Of a stretch of 64,000 nt of DNA, positions 1 through 60,750 are shown one piece after another (the stretch's first letter is position 1; each line of letters starts with the position of its first letter). The DNA is taken from the NCBI RefSeq assembly GCF_009914755.1, contig NC_060939.1; one strand, 5' to 3'. Below the pieces are notes generated by a model. It saw only the letters and a program-made list of their open reading frames with translations, was not told where the DNA came from and searched no databases. Origin of the DNA: the human T2T-CHM13v2.0 reference genome, Homo sapiens. The translations under genes and the position numbers were made by a program.

Positions 1-359
1 GCTTGGTCAGCGCAGGGTCTACTGCAGCAGAGTGCCAGGTGGATCACAGCCCTCTTGTGGGGGAAGGATGGGCGGAGCTCCCACCTTCCCCACAAATGGA
101 CACAGAATGGCACCTGGTATGTGAGGCAGGTGCAGGTGACCAGGAGAAGGGGCTGTCAGTGGTTGATGGACAGCTGCCTCTGCTGCCTGGATGACCCACC
201 CCCTCCCCTGGACCATCTCCCACTTTGCCTGGGTGTCAGTCACTGGAGGGTTAGCTCAGTACAAGCTGGCGGATGACCTCCGTAGAGCTTAGGTGAAGGG
301 GCTCTCACAGGGCAGTATGTTTGAGACCCTTAGAGGGCTCTCTTTACTCTTGCTTCTCC

Positions 360-1010
360 TATTATTTTTAAACTGTAGTAATACACACGTAACATAAAGT
401 TTACCATTTTAAAGTGTACAATTCAGTGGCATTTAGTACAATGTTGTGCAACCACCTCTGCTCTTTAGTTCCAGAACATTTTCGCTGCCCCCAGAGGAGA
501 CCCTGTATTTATTAAGCAGTCACTCCCCATTCTTCCCTCCGCCCCCAGCCCCCACAGTGAAAAATCTGTTTTCTCTCACTTTGGATTTGTCTATTCCGGA
601 TATTCCATAAAGATAGGATCAGACAATATGTGCCCTTTAGTGTCTGGCTTATTTCATCATCATGTTTTCAGGGTTCATCCCTGTTGTAGTGTGTGTCAGT
701 ACTTTGTTCATTTTTGTGGCTGAATGATATTCCACTGAATGGCTATTTTACATTTTATTAATCCACTCATCCACTGATGGACATTTGAGTTGTTTCTACC
801 GCATGATTAATGTGAATAGTGCCACTGTGACCATATGTGTACAAGCTTTTGTGTAGACACTTGCTTTCAGCTCTTTTGGGTGTATCACTAGGAGTGGAAT
901 TCCTGGGTCATGTGGTTATTCAGTGTTTACCGTTTTTAGGAACCACAGATGTTTTCCACAGTGACAGAACATTTTACATTTTCACCAGCAATGCATGAGG
1001 GTTCTGATTA
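360..1010 (-). mobile_element. Old L1 (L1M-type) 3' fragment
   Basis: tttaaagtgtacaattcagtggcatttagtaca...gatggacatttgagttgtttc...gttttccaca is typical antisense L1 3' end sequence. Confidence 0.75.
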
Positions 1011-4000
1011 CTTTCAAAGGAAAAAAATTAAGCAGCCCTGTCACCTTGATGGTTTGGTCTCTGGCCTCACCGCTTCAGCTCCTCTGGCCTGATCTCCCAG
1101 GGCCTGCTTTTGTTCATGTGTGTGTCTGTTTATACCCTGGCTCATCCTGTGGAGGGTCTGAGGCTGGCAGGATCACTGGGTTCTGTCTCCACATTGGAAG
1201 GTGAGCTGTCCTAGGTCAGGGTCTTTGTTGCATGCATCGTCCTGTCCTTAGCAAGAGCTACCCTGTGCCATATGGGACATACAACAGGCACCTGTTCAGG
1301 CCTGGCCATGTGGGCCCACCTTTGGATGGTACTTGACAAAGCCTCAAAATGCAGTGACAAGTTTAGATAAATATGATTCTGTTCTGAAATGCTGCACTGG
1401 ACACAGCCATCCACTGCCTGCCCTTTACAGGGCTCTGTGAAGAGACAGTGAACAATGAAGTGGAGGACGTGTGCAGGTGGCCCCAGTGGTCGGTGATGGA
1501 GGAGAGATTTCAGCAGACCAAGCACGGAGAATAAAGCCAGGCCAGAGTGTGCTATCAGCCTGTCTGCCCCCTAGAGCTGATGGACTCAGCAAATAACAGT
1601 ATAGGGTACCCAGTTACATTCGAATTTAGACGGGTATAGGATTTTGGTTTTTCAAGATGAAAAAACTTATAGTGGTGAGGGTTGTACAACATTATGAATT
1701 TAATAACACTGAACTGTACACTCAAAAATGGTTAAGATAGTATATTTTATTGTATGTGTATTTTACCATAATAAGCAATTGAAAAAATAAGTTGTATTTC
1801 AGGTAGATAGCGAATAATTTTTTAGTATAAATATGTTCCATGAGATGTCTGGATACCGGGATGCAGGAGGGACTCCCCTTCCTCCTCCCATTCACAGGCC
1901 TGCCTAGAGATTTGTAAGTACAGACTGACTGGCTGTTTTTCCCAGTGTGTCTTGTCGTGATACTTTTAAGCCACAGATCCGCTTTGAAAAGATATGATCT
2001 CCCCCAGGGGAGTAACTATTATAAGAACAAATACTCTATCCAAGCTTCCATTCTCCTCAAGATAAACATCACAGGAGTGACCTGAATTGTAAAGAGGAGT
2101 GGAAGGAAAAGAACAATACCGTAATGTTTTCTGAGCCACGCAGATGTCAGGGGACGGATCCAAGGGCGTCTGAAAGAAGACGTCCACGCTGCTGAGTGAG
2201 ACCTTCCTCTGTGCTGCTGAGTGAGACCTTCCATCTGACCAGGGGGTCATGCTCTCACTGCTCCTGCTTGGAGTTCTGGTGCTGTAGCGGGTCTCGGCCG
2301 CCCCTTCTGAGCTGGGTGGAGGAAGAAGTCCCTGTTGAAATATCAGATGAGTAGGGATGATCGCCTCTTTTGAAAACAGGAGCCGTGAAGGGATTCCCAG
2401 AGAAGATTGTCATCTAACGGAGTCATTCGTCCGCCCAGGACTTCTCTGTCACAGGGTTACGTTTGGGAGAATTTTCACAGGCCACTGGGGATGGCTGTGG
2501 CTAGCCTGGCTTTCCACTGATGCCCTCTATCCCTAACCTCAGCTCCTGACATGGCTGTCATTCCAGAGAGTGCTTGGAAGCATCCTGACTATGTTGACGA
2601 TGGCCTGAGCGGAGTGAGTGTGCACTAGTTTGGTGTTGTTTCATCCAAAGCAATGTGATTATATTGCTGTACTTTCAGTTTCATCAAGCAGGCAAAATGA
2701 GAATTGACACTTTTTAAAATCCAAGCTTTAGTTTCACCACCTGGAGCCAAGGTGTTTATTAGAAAGATTTATTGGCATTAGTGTATTTTTATTACAAGCA
2801 TTTATCTCTGTGCTGAACAGTTGCCCCTGAGTCCCGTGTGCTGTGAAGAGTCTGTGCCACACCACACATTAATTTTCTGTCCTCAGAGCTCCGGGGACAC
2901 ACGCTGATTCTCATGCTGTGCCTGCCGCCTTCTCCGAGTGATGGCTGATGTGGGTTTCAGGCCCCACTACAGTTACTCAGCGACAGATGGGACCCCGTGT
3001 CCTCTGTTGGCTGTAGGGAGTTGAGGCGACCCTGGCTGGCATCTTGTTTTGAGGGGTGGCTGGCTGCTGTACTTTGGGGAGGGCATAACAGGATTTAAAT
3101 AGTATCTTTATCTAGGATGCCTGGAGCCCCAAATCCATGTGGGCCTCCCACTGTGTGAATTTCAGATGCTGCCAGCCCCCCAACCCCGCCACCCCTGAGA
3201 TGGAAATTAGAGCACCAGATGGGCTCTCCCAAGGAGAAGCATCACAAGCCCACCCTCCTGCCTCTTTGGAAAGTAACCCTGGCTGTTTATTGTGAGATGT
3301 GGTTGTCATGGTGACAAGTGGACACCCGCTTGGGAGGGAGATAGAGGAAACGCTGTTATGGAGGAAAGGTCACCCCTAGAGACAACCTTGTGTTGCCCGT
3401 GGACACCCCATACTATGGCCTCCGTACTGGGGAGTCCCATGGGTAGGGCATGGGGGTGCAGCCATCAGTCTGTGTCCCCAGCCAAGCCTTGAGCCCTGGC
3501 TTGAAGTTGCATGAAGGTACAGTGGCTGGCCCAGCCCTAACCCGTGGTGGATGCAGCCCCTGTTGTGTCCCCCAACCCCTGACTTATCTGGCCGCCTGAT
3601 GAGAGTCTGTCGCCCTACATCTGTGGCGCTCCCTCTGCCTGACAAATTAAATCCCGCCCAGCTTGCAGGAGGGATGTTGTTAACCTGATTTCATTTGCTG
3701 GTGGGCTGGTTGATTTCTTTGGGGTTTTTTTGGAGATGACCAGCACCTGTCCAGCAACTAGTAAGGCAGGGAAGGCCTCCAGGAACCCAAGTCCATGCAG
3801 AAGGGCACTGTGTTGGGGAACTTTCAGACAAGTGGGTAAAATACCGACGTGTGCTATGTGCACCTTGAAATAGCAAAGTGTCCTCAACAGAGCTCTCTGG
3901 GGGATGTCCCAAATAAGGTTTACTTTAGGAGAATGTGAGCGGCATCTGAGGCGAGATTCTCTTGTTGCATCCTTTGGAAGCTTTTGCTTGGTGTTCCTTG

Positions 4001-4862
4001 GCCATAGCAGGAAGATCAGTGCCAGGGATGGGTGAGGGGAAGAAACCTTGCAGGAGCGGTACCTGGGCCAGTCTCAGCCCTGCAGAAAGGGGCGCTGTCT
4101 GCTCCACTTGGTCAGTGCAGGGTCTACTGCAACAGAGTCTCGGGTGGTCACAGCCCTCTTGTAGGGGGAAGGATGGGTTTTGCTCCTGGGATGCTAGGCT
4201 TCGAAAAGCAGGGCAGTGTGCCAGCAGTCCCAGACAAACCAGAGCCGGGCCTTTGGTCATGCCAGGACAGCAGGGTGTGGTCTGGCTAGGCCTGTGAGCC
4301 CCTGTGGGGCTCAGGGGTAGGGGCAGCAGGACTGGGGGAGGCAGGGACCAACCAGACTTCAGAACTGCTGGGTCCCAGCTGCACCCCTGCACCACCTCAG
4401 CTCTAGGAAGGGCAGCCCCATGTAGCTTTCTTGAGATGTAGCAGCAGTGCTCTCCCTTCTCCCTCGCCATCCTTAAAGCCCGGTGCCCGCTCCCCTGCAT
4501 CCCCCACTCCCATTGCCTCTGAAATCCGGTGGTGTCTGTGATCCTGGAGGGGAGGCTTAGCCAGCAATCATTCCAACTACCTGGGGCACGGCATATCTGC
4601 CCCCATCAGTGCTGGGAGGGTGGGCCCAGATCCTTTAATTTTTCTCAAAACCCCAGAGAGGCAGAGTTCCATCAAAGAGCAAGACACTGATAGACTAGGA
4701 CAGGGGATAGGGCTGGCAGCCATGCCTCGTGGCATCACCTGACTCCGAGAGAAGCCAGCCCAACACTTGGGGTCTCAGTTTTCTCACCTGTCAAGCAGGG
4801 GGAAGAATATTCATTGTGTACACAAGAGGCTTTTGTAAACCCTAAGGTGCTAGGTAAATTAG

Positions 4863-5164
<302 letters not shown>

Positions 5165-5544
5165 TGGTAAATGTAACTTTTATCATCAGTGTCTTCCTTG
5201 CCATCATCATATTGTTATTTCTCGATAATTTATTTCCAGAAAGTTCTGGAACTGGACTTACCATGCAGGCTCCGGAACCTCCTCTGGGAGGTGGACAGGG
5301 ATTTAAGGGCTATGGATCTGGCTTCTGTCTTCTGGATGATATAAGGAACTAAATAGAGAAAATATACCTAACCTTAAATTTTATTAATTGAAGTAGAAGC
5401 AGTTGTAGTTTGGTGTCTTCTTTAAGAGAAGACTTATGACATGTACTTGGGGCATTTTCTATGTTGTAGTAACAGATTGGCTAATTTGCATTTATTCTCA
5501 TCCAAGAATTTAGGTTTTTTAAAAATATGGCTTTTAACTTTTTG

Positions 5545-6210
5545 GGCACTCTTGGTGGGAACGTAAATAGTACTACTGCTGTGGAAAACAGTATGGAAGG
5601 TCCTTAAAAACTGAAAAATAGAGTTATCCTATGATCCAGTGATTTCACCTCCAGGTATGTACGTAAAGGAAGTGGAAGTGAAGACTCAAGAGATATTTGC
5701 ACACCCACGTTCATAGCAGCACCATTCACAATAGCTAAGAATTGGAAGCAACCCAAGTGTCCATCAATAGATGACTGGATAAACAAGAGGTGGCATGTAC
5801 ACACAGTAGAATGTGATTCAGCCCTTAAAGGAAGGAAATTCTGCCATGTGCTTCAATGTGGACGACCCTTCAGGACATTTTGCTGAGTGCAATAAGCCAG
5901 TTCCAAAAGGGCACATACTGACTGCTTAATCACTCCACTTACATGAGGGGCATAGAGCTGCCCAATTCACAGAAACAGAAAGTAGAATGGTGGTTGGCAG
6001 GGGCTCAGGTTGGGGTTGGGGTTGGGCATATTGAGGAGTTTGTTTAATGGGTACAGAGTTTTAGTTTTGGGAAGAGGAAGACATTCTGAAGGTGGATGGT
6101 GACCATGGTTGTACGACAGTGTGAATGTACTTAGTGCCACTGAACTGTACACTTAAAAATGGTCAAATGGTGAACTTTATGTTATGTGCATTTTACTGCA
6201 ATCAAAAGAT
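5545..6210 (+). mobile_element. Old L1 (L1MB-like) 3' fragment
   Basis: gtggaaaacagtatggaagg...gcaacccaagtgtccatcaatagatga...gccactgaactgtacacttaaaaatgg. Confidence 0.85.
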
Positions 6211-6434
6211 AACAAATTTCAAAATGATTTAAAATAACTTTTTTAGAAGTATGAAAATAGAATATTAAGTGCATAGCAGTTTAAGTATAATTAAATAGAC
6301 GTCTGCACACACACCTATACACATACAGACATACACATGCATTTTACAAAATTGTATCACATTGCATATTCAGGTTTTGCATCTTGCATTTCTCTAACAT
6401 ATAAAATCACGATCTTTAACTTCCCCGTTTCCAG

Positions 6435-48649
<42,215 letters not shown>

Positions 48650-49208
48650 GCCACCCCAGCCTGGCCACGCAGCCAGGACACCGGGCAGGGCCGCCCGGGC
48701 CCAGAGGAGCTGGGAGCCGGGCCGCAGACTTGACCCCGACGCCACAGCCCAGCCACGGACGCTGGCTCCCCAAAGGGTGTGCCCTCACCACCCACTTGAT
48801 TTTTTTCATTTTGCCAAAAAGGGGTATGTCTTTATCAAAGGAGAGTCACAGAACAAATGTTTGTTTGTAAAGCGTTCCAAGTATTTTGCCACGTTCTGGA
48901 CTGTCTTCTCCCTGCACAAGCCAGGGTGTGTCTCGGTAGCTGTGCGTGGTGTGGAGTGTGTGTCTTTCCTCCCTGAAGCTGTGCGGAGCGAACTGGCGCC
49001 TCCGAGGGACGCGGCTCCCGGGGCAGGGCAGCCGTCACCCCTGCCTCCCGCCCCCTTGGCTGGGACGTCTGGGGTCCTGTGGGGCCCCCACAATGGTCCC
49101 AAACAGCTGCCTCTGCCACTGACTGCAGGGACACGGGCAGCCTGGCTCCCAGGACACGACTTGTAATGAAAGTTTGGGGACATGTGATTGATTGATTGAT
49201 TGATTGTA

Positions 49209-49214
49209 AATAAA
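49209..49214 (+). terminator. Candidate proximal poly(A) signal of APBA2
   Basis: AATAAA preceded directly by (GATT)5 and TGTA, with a U-rich region downstream. Confidence 0.55.
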
Positions 49215-49810
49215 GGATGATGGCCACAACATGAAAACTCCATATTTATTTAGATGCTATTATTACTGTTTGGACTTTTATTTTGGCAGGCTTTTTTCCA
49301 GACTCTAGGGTTTTCCAATGTGACTAATGACCACACCTGCCTCTCCCGTCGTCTCTTCTGGGCACCCTCCCACCCGGCTGCATACCCGGCCAGGGCTCCC
49401 ACAGAGACAAGGAGGGCACAGGTGTCTGCCCCCTCTTTAAAATCGATCTACACACATCCACGCACATGCGACCCCGAGGAAACGAAACCCACTCTAGAAA
49501 ACGCGACCTTGGCCGCACCTAAAGCAGCCAGCCGTGAGTGCAGACCCCTTGGCCAGCGTGGCGCAGTGGCCCTGAGCAGTAGTGGCATGTGTGTAGATCA
49601 AGTCGGATCTAGTCCAGCTCGGTTCATTAGCGATCCATGTAATCTGACGTCATCTTGTCTCGAAGTCTCTTTTTTTGGCCCAGGCCTTGAAGAATACACT
49701 GTGACTTAAGAAGCCTTACCACGCAGTAACTAAAGCTTTAGGATGACTGTATTCGAGGAGTGCCGTGTGTTGCATGCAGCTACCCGTAGGAAGACTTCGC
49801 GCATATCACT

Positions 49811-49816
49811 AATAAA
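49811..49816 (+). terminator. Distal poly(A) signal of APBA2
   Basis: AATAAA followed about 25 nt later by the GU-rich element gtgtgtgtgactggtctgtt. Confidence 0.85.
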
Positions 49817-51354
49817 CCTGAAGTCGTGATGAAAAGCCGTGTGTGTGACTGGTCTGTTACCTCAGCGGCAGGTGCCCGCCTGTCCTTTCATTCATAGCTT
49901 GGATGCGGCTCTGCAAATTCACTATGCGGTGGCAGCCACAGCTGCTCTGTGCTCCTCCTGGATCCTGAACCTTGGAAGCTGTCACTAATGAGTTCGGTGG
50001 GTGGGTGCTCTGGGCACCAGGTGTCAGCTGGGCAACGCCACGCTGCAACTGGAGGTGCCAGCAATGCTACCAGGTCACGGGGTCAGCGCCAGGTTCTTGA
50101 CCCACTTGCCCCAGCAGGGAGACACGTCCGCAGAGCACTCACTAATGGAATGAGGGAGCCAGGGAGCCTTGGGCTTCTTCAGATTTCAACGTAAATGGCC
50201 CCTGGGAAAGGTGTGCATGCGTGTGCGTGTGTAAAAGCCGGACCGCCCATCCCAGCACCCTGTCTGCACCTGTGGGTCCTTTGCAGCCTGTCTAGAGTGA
50301 CAATTCTGGCAGCTCTGCCAGCACTTACTTACCTTTCTTCATGGCCACCGTTCTGGTGTCACCTGGTGTGGGAAAGCCAGGTAGCAAGCATGGGCTTTGT
50401 TCAGAGGCGGTGGCCTGGGGTCCAGCTGGGTTAGGCTGTGGGTCTTGGATGGGCAGGAGCCCTCCTCTCTGGCCTGCCCACAGCAGCGTGAGCTCCTTGC
50501 TGTGGGCACTGACCACCTTCACGGCCCAGGATTCTTGGGGAACTGCAGAGTAAGGAGAAGACTTACTCTCACCTAGCCGCCCAGAGGGTGTGGGCCAAGG
50601 GCTTGCTCCAGCATGACCTTGGCCATCAGGGGCATATAAAAGAGACAGCCTTTCAAGGCGCACACCAGCTTTGTGCCTCCCTCTTCCCAGAAAGTATACA
50701 TGGTAGAGGCAAAGAAAGCTGTTCCATAGGAGACTGTCACAGAGAGCTGCGTATATGCCGAAATGTATATGCACTCGCTCTGAATGAATATGCTTAAGAA
50801 TGAAAAGCAAATACAATTCTCGACGTGGCCAACAAACAAGAATGCCAGGGATGGCCACATCCTTGGGGAATGAAGAGAAATGTCGCCTGAGTCAAAGCTG
50901 GAGGGAACGGGATTCCACTCAGGAGGCCAAGGGGGACATTCCTGCTGTGCCCAGGACAAGGCAGGGAAGCAGGTCCCAGGGAGAGAGCCCTGGCTAGCTG
51001 AGGACATGCAGGCAGGACTCCCACCAAATCATACACATCTTTAAAAAACCTGTATTTAAGAAAACATTTGAGCCATGGCCTGCATTCCTCCCAGCAGCCC
51101 TTGGAGGCCATGTCCATGGAGGGGCTGCCATGGCCAGCGTGGACGGGCGTGGGTGTGTCCAGGCCCTGGCCCTCCCCACTCTGCCCCGGAGTTGACCCTC
51201 TCCGGAAGGCTTCTGGAAGCACAGCTGAGTGGCATGGGTATCTCAGGCTCCCCGGCTGGCTACTGCAAGGTCCTCTCAGGACCCTGCCCCTGGCCACTGG
51301 GGTACACAGCCTCTCAGCCTGCCTCTGTCCCAGTTAGACCTCAGAGACACAGAG

Positions 51355-54300
51355 GCCAGAAATACTTCTTTTTATTAAAACACGGATCATTATTAAAACA
51401 CCTTGAGGTACATTAAATAAATACAGCCTTTCCAGTTGTACAGACAGGTCTCTGGTGGCTTGAAAACAATTTCCTATAAATTCTGCCTTAGCAGCCTCTG
51501 AGAGTCAGCATGGGTGGGGAGAAGCATCTGTGTGTAGCGAGCTTTCTGTGGCCTGGTGTGTTACAAACATTTAATGTGGATCCTCATCTCCAGCCAAGGG
51601 AGACCTGAAGTCCTTGCGGATGATGCTCCCCCTTCTGCGATCTTGCTTGCCATAGAGTTGGGGTCCATGTTCTCCCCACTCAGCAACCTTGTGGCCCCCA
51701 GGCTGGGGTCAACGGTGGTGTCACAGCAGGTGCCAACCCCCTTTGGGTCTCAGGGGAGGGCAGGGGATGCCCGGGGCCCAGCTGAGTTGGAGAAGGAGCG
51801 TGTCACCCCCAAAGCAGCCACAGTTGGCCCATTTCAGATCCCAGAGGGAGCATGATTGGAGCGGGGGAAAGACGCATAGGGAGGGGAAGCAGCCAGCTTT
51901 CTCCTGGGCTGTGAGCTGACGTGCAGCCCGGGGCCTGGGCTCTTGCTGCTGGTACCCGGATACCGTGGAGCCGGGGCCAAGGGGACCACAGCTGCTGGGT
52001 CAAGTTGCCAGCACATTCCCTAGTCTACCAGCACCTCTCTCTTCTGGGGACCTTCCCAGGAAGCCCAGAACCTGGACCCTCCTAGAGTCCATGAGTGGCC
52101 CTGAGCAGCGGGGCTGATGGGGGCACCCCACCCCGTCCCTGACTGCCTCATTTCGAAGGGGCAGAAGGTTCCAGCCCAGCGGCATCAAGTTGGGTACAGT
52201 TTCCGTATCCACAAAACAGAGCTGCCACCAGCGCAAACCCAGAGCTGGGTGAAGGTGGGGTGCAGGTGAGGGGCCCGCAGGGAGGCACTGCTGGGGCAGC
52301 AGCCCCATTGGCCATTGGGACCGGGCCCTGCTGCAGAGAAGGGAAGGATGCTGAGCAGCAGGCTGAGGGGGTCCAGTAGGCCTCTGCCCCGGCTGCATGA
52401 GGAGAACACCCCAGAGACCGAGTCCACTGGGTGGCTGGTGGTCTTGGCCTCGCTGGAATTGCAGCCATGTCTGAGGACTGCAGCTCTAGCCCACCCAAGG
52501 GCTCAGCCCAGGGACAATGCTGTGTGAACCCCCAAGCCCTAGTGTGGACCCCCCCAAGCAGGTGAAACCCCTGCGGTGTGGCCCCAGCGCACCTCAGAGA
52601 CAGTGGAGATTCAGAGGCCAGGGCGTCAGGCGTGGCTGAAGCTCGGCTCCAGGGCGGCCATTCTGAAAATCCACCAATTAATTTCACCTGCAAAGGGACT
52701 TGCCTTGAGGGAATTCAAAAGCCCCCACTTGAGGAAAATTAGAGATTTCCTGTTTTATAGTCTGAATAAAGTGCTCAAAAATTCATCTCTAGTACGTCTC
52801 TCCTGCAAAAGTGCAGGTTGTCATCAAAAGGCCTGGCTTATGTGTTTTCAGCTCTCTAAAGCAATCGAAGCCTTTTCAGCCGACCACAGCTGAAGGAGTC
52901 CCACACCGCAGCCCCCAGGGCAGGGATAAAGGACTGGAGGAAGGCTCTGGGCACCTGGATTGGAACCTCACCCCCTTCCCAGCTTCCAGCCACACAGAAG
53001 CTCCCCAGCACACTGGCCACAGTGGCATTAGGGAATTGGGGGAGCTCAAGGACAAGCCCCACAAAGCCGAGGGAACAGCAGCGTGAGCCCCCTGCCCTGG
53101 CACCCAGGAGTGGAAGACACCCTCTGGTCCCCCTGTGCCCCCATGCCAGGCTCATGGGCTCTCTGGGGAGACCTTGGCCTCTAGGCTGTTTTGTTCACCG
53201 CAGGGCCCACCCAACGCAGCTCAGGGGCTGTGGCTGCTAGTGGCCCTGAACAGGCATTTCCATCACTGCACAAAGTTCTCGTGGATGGCGCTGTTCCACG
53301 GCCATTGTTGGGAGCAGCTGCCACTGATGCCACCAGAAAACAAGGGGATGGGGGCTAAGAAAGTCCAAGGTCCCCAGGCTGTCCCCAAGCTGGGCGTGTC
53401 TGCTTCTCCATAAGCAGCACGTTGGGTGTCTGCTTCCCTTCTCGCGTGGGTTTGTAAGTGGTTTATGATCCTCCTGCGCAGGTGTGTCTGCTGCCGCATG
53501 CCCGGGGAAAGGTCAGCTCTGGGTCAAAGGGACCTGCTTTATCAGGAGGGGCTACTTCTCAGAGAAACCGGCCTCTCTCCTGCAGAACTGTGACCCGCTG
53601 AGCTCAATCAAGTGAGCTCAGACACAAAGGAGCTGGGAATCGGCACTTGTTGTTACGGATCACACAACTGCTCCAGGGACAGGATGGGAGCCTGGAGAAA
53701 GGGGGCCCAAGAGGAGGGGGGGAAGGCACCCCACGGAGGGAGGCCGAGCTCAAGGCCCAGGAGATGGTGGGTTCCTCCAACCCCCGCAACACCGGCCTGT
53801 TCCCTGGGGGGGGCCGGGCTATGGCAGAGGCCCGCACTGCACATTTGTTTGCACAATAGCCCTGTGGACAGAAAGTTGGGCCCAGGCTGCCATCTGTGCT
53901 AACACTACCTATTTCCTTTCACAGGAAATAGGCCAGAGCGTGATGAACGCCTAATGATAGAGCCATCGAGCCACATGAGAAAATGTTTCATGACTCGATG
54001 TCACCCTCTGTCCACTGAACACTAAGTTAAATGGGGGATGGGAGACTCCTGCTTTGGAAGGCCCTGATTTTGGAGATACTTTGAGTCTTTAGGTGACGTA
54101 AGTGTCGCCTGTTGCTGTATTCACATTTGTGCAACACTGCTCAGTTCAAGGTGCTGCACGCCAGATAAAACCAGAGAGTTCACTGTGGACGTGAAAGTCA
54201 TCTTTCCGAATTACTGGGCTAGGCAGGAAATGCAATCCCCAAAGAGACACTGCTCGGCTCCCCTCGAGAGAGGGGGTAACAGTTCCCTGCCCACACCGCC

Positions 54301-54440
54301 CCCAGATCATCCTGGGTGTCCCCCCCACATTTATCCTCCGCCAAGCTGGGCCTGAAGGCCTCTTTGTCAGGCATGATGGCTTCTGCCAAGAACATCTGTG
54401 GCGCCAGGCGTTGGTGTCCACGGTCAGAAATGTGGCTCCT
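51355..54440 (-). other. ENTREP2: ENTREP2 3'UTR (end approximate)
   Basis: Follows the stop codon; minus-strand AATAAA at 51371-51376 in a local AT-rich patch. Confidence 0.6.
51371..51376 (-). terminator. Candidate ENTREP2 poly(A) signal
   Basis: tttatt on + is AATAAA on -; minus-strand TGTA motifs lie upstream. Confidence 0.6.
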
Positions 54441-59966
<5,526 letters not shown>

Positions 59967-60129
59967 CTACAGTAAGAAACAGAAAGCGTCAAGGCGGCTG
60001 GTCCGTGGGAACGCAGCACAGCAGCCTCCAGTAGTGTAGGCGCTTAAACTTGTCTCCTGGTGGGAAGCGCTGAGAGACGTTCATCCACACCTCCACTCTT
60101 CTCCCCTACATTTATGAGGTGGGGTGTGA

Positions 60130-60467
<338 letters not shown>

Positions 60468-60569
60468 GAAAGCCTATTTTTCTGAACTTTTGCAATCAGA
60501 GAGCCTGGCAGGGCCACAGAGCCACCTGAGCCTACGAGTTGCACAGTCATCGAGCTTTTGTGGCTTTCG

Positions 60570-60750
60570 ATTTCTTTTTCTTTTCTTTATTTATACATTT
60601 TAGAGACAAGGTCTCGCTCCATGGCCCAGGCTGGAGTCCAGTGGTGCAATCATAGCTCACTGCAGACTCGAACTCCTGGGGTTAAGCGATCCTCAGGCCT
60701 CAGCCTTCTGAGTAGCTGGGATTATAGGCATGAGCTACCACGCCCTGCTT
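60570..60750 (-). mobile_element. Old Alu monomer / AluJ arm
   Basis: agagacaaggtctcgctc...cccaggctggagtccagtggtgcaatcatagctcactgcag. Confidence 0.8.

Larger units (their letters stand above)
48650..49835 (+). other. APBA2: APBA2 3'UTR (end approximate)
   Basis: Follows the stop codon; ends after AATAAA at 49811-49816. Confidence 0.8.

Noticed and set aside
49850-54400. A downstream ENTREP2 exon encoding the paralog-type SCGDL/RPHSL/RETVL tail
   Set aside because: Searched by eye on the minus strand and not found
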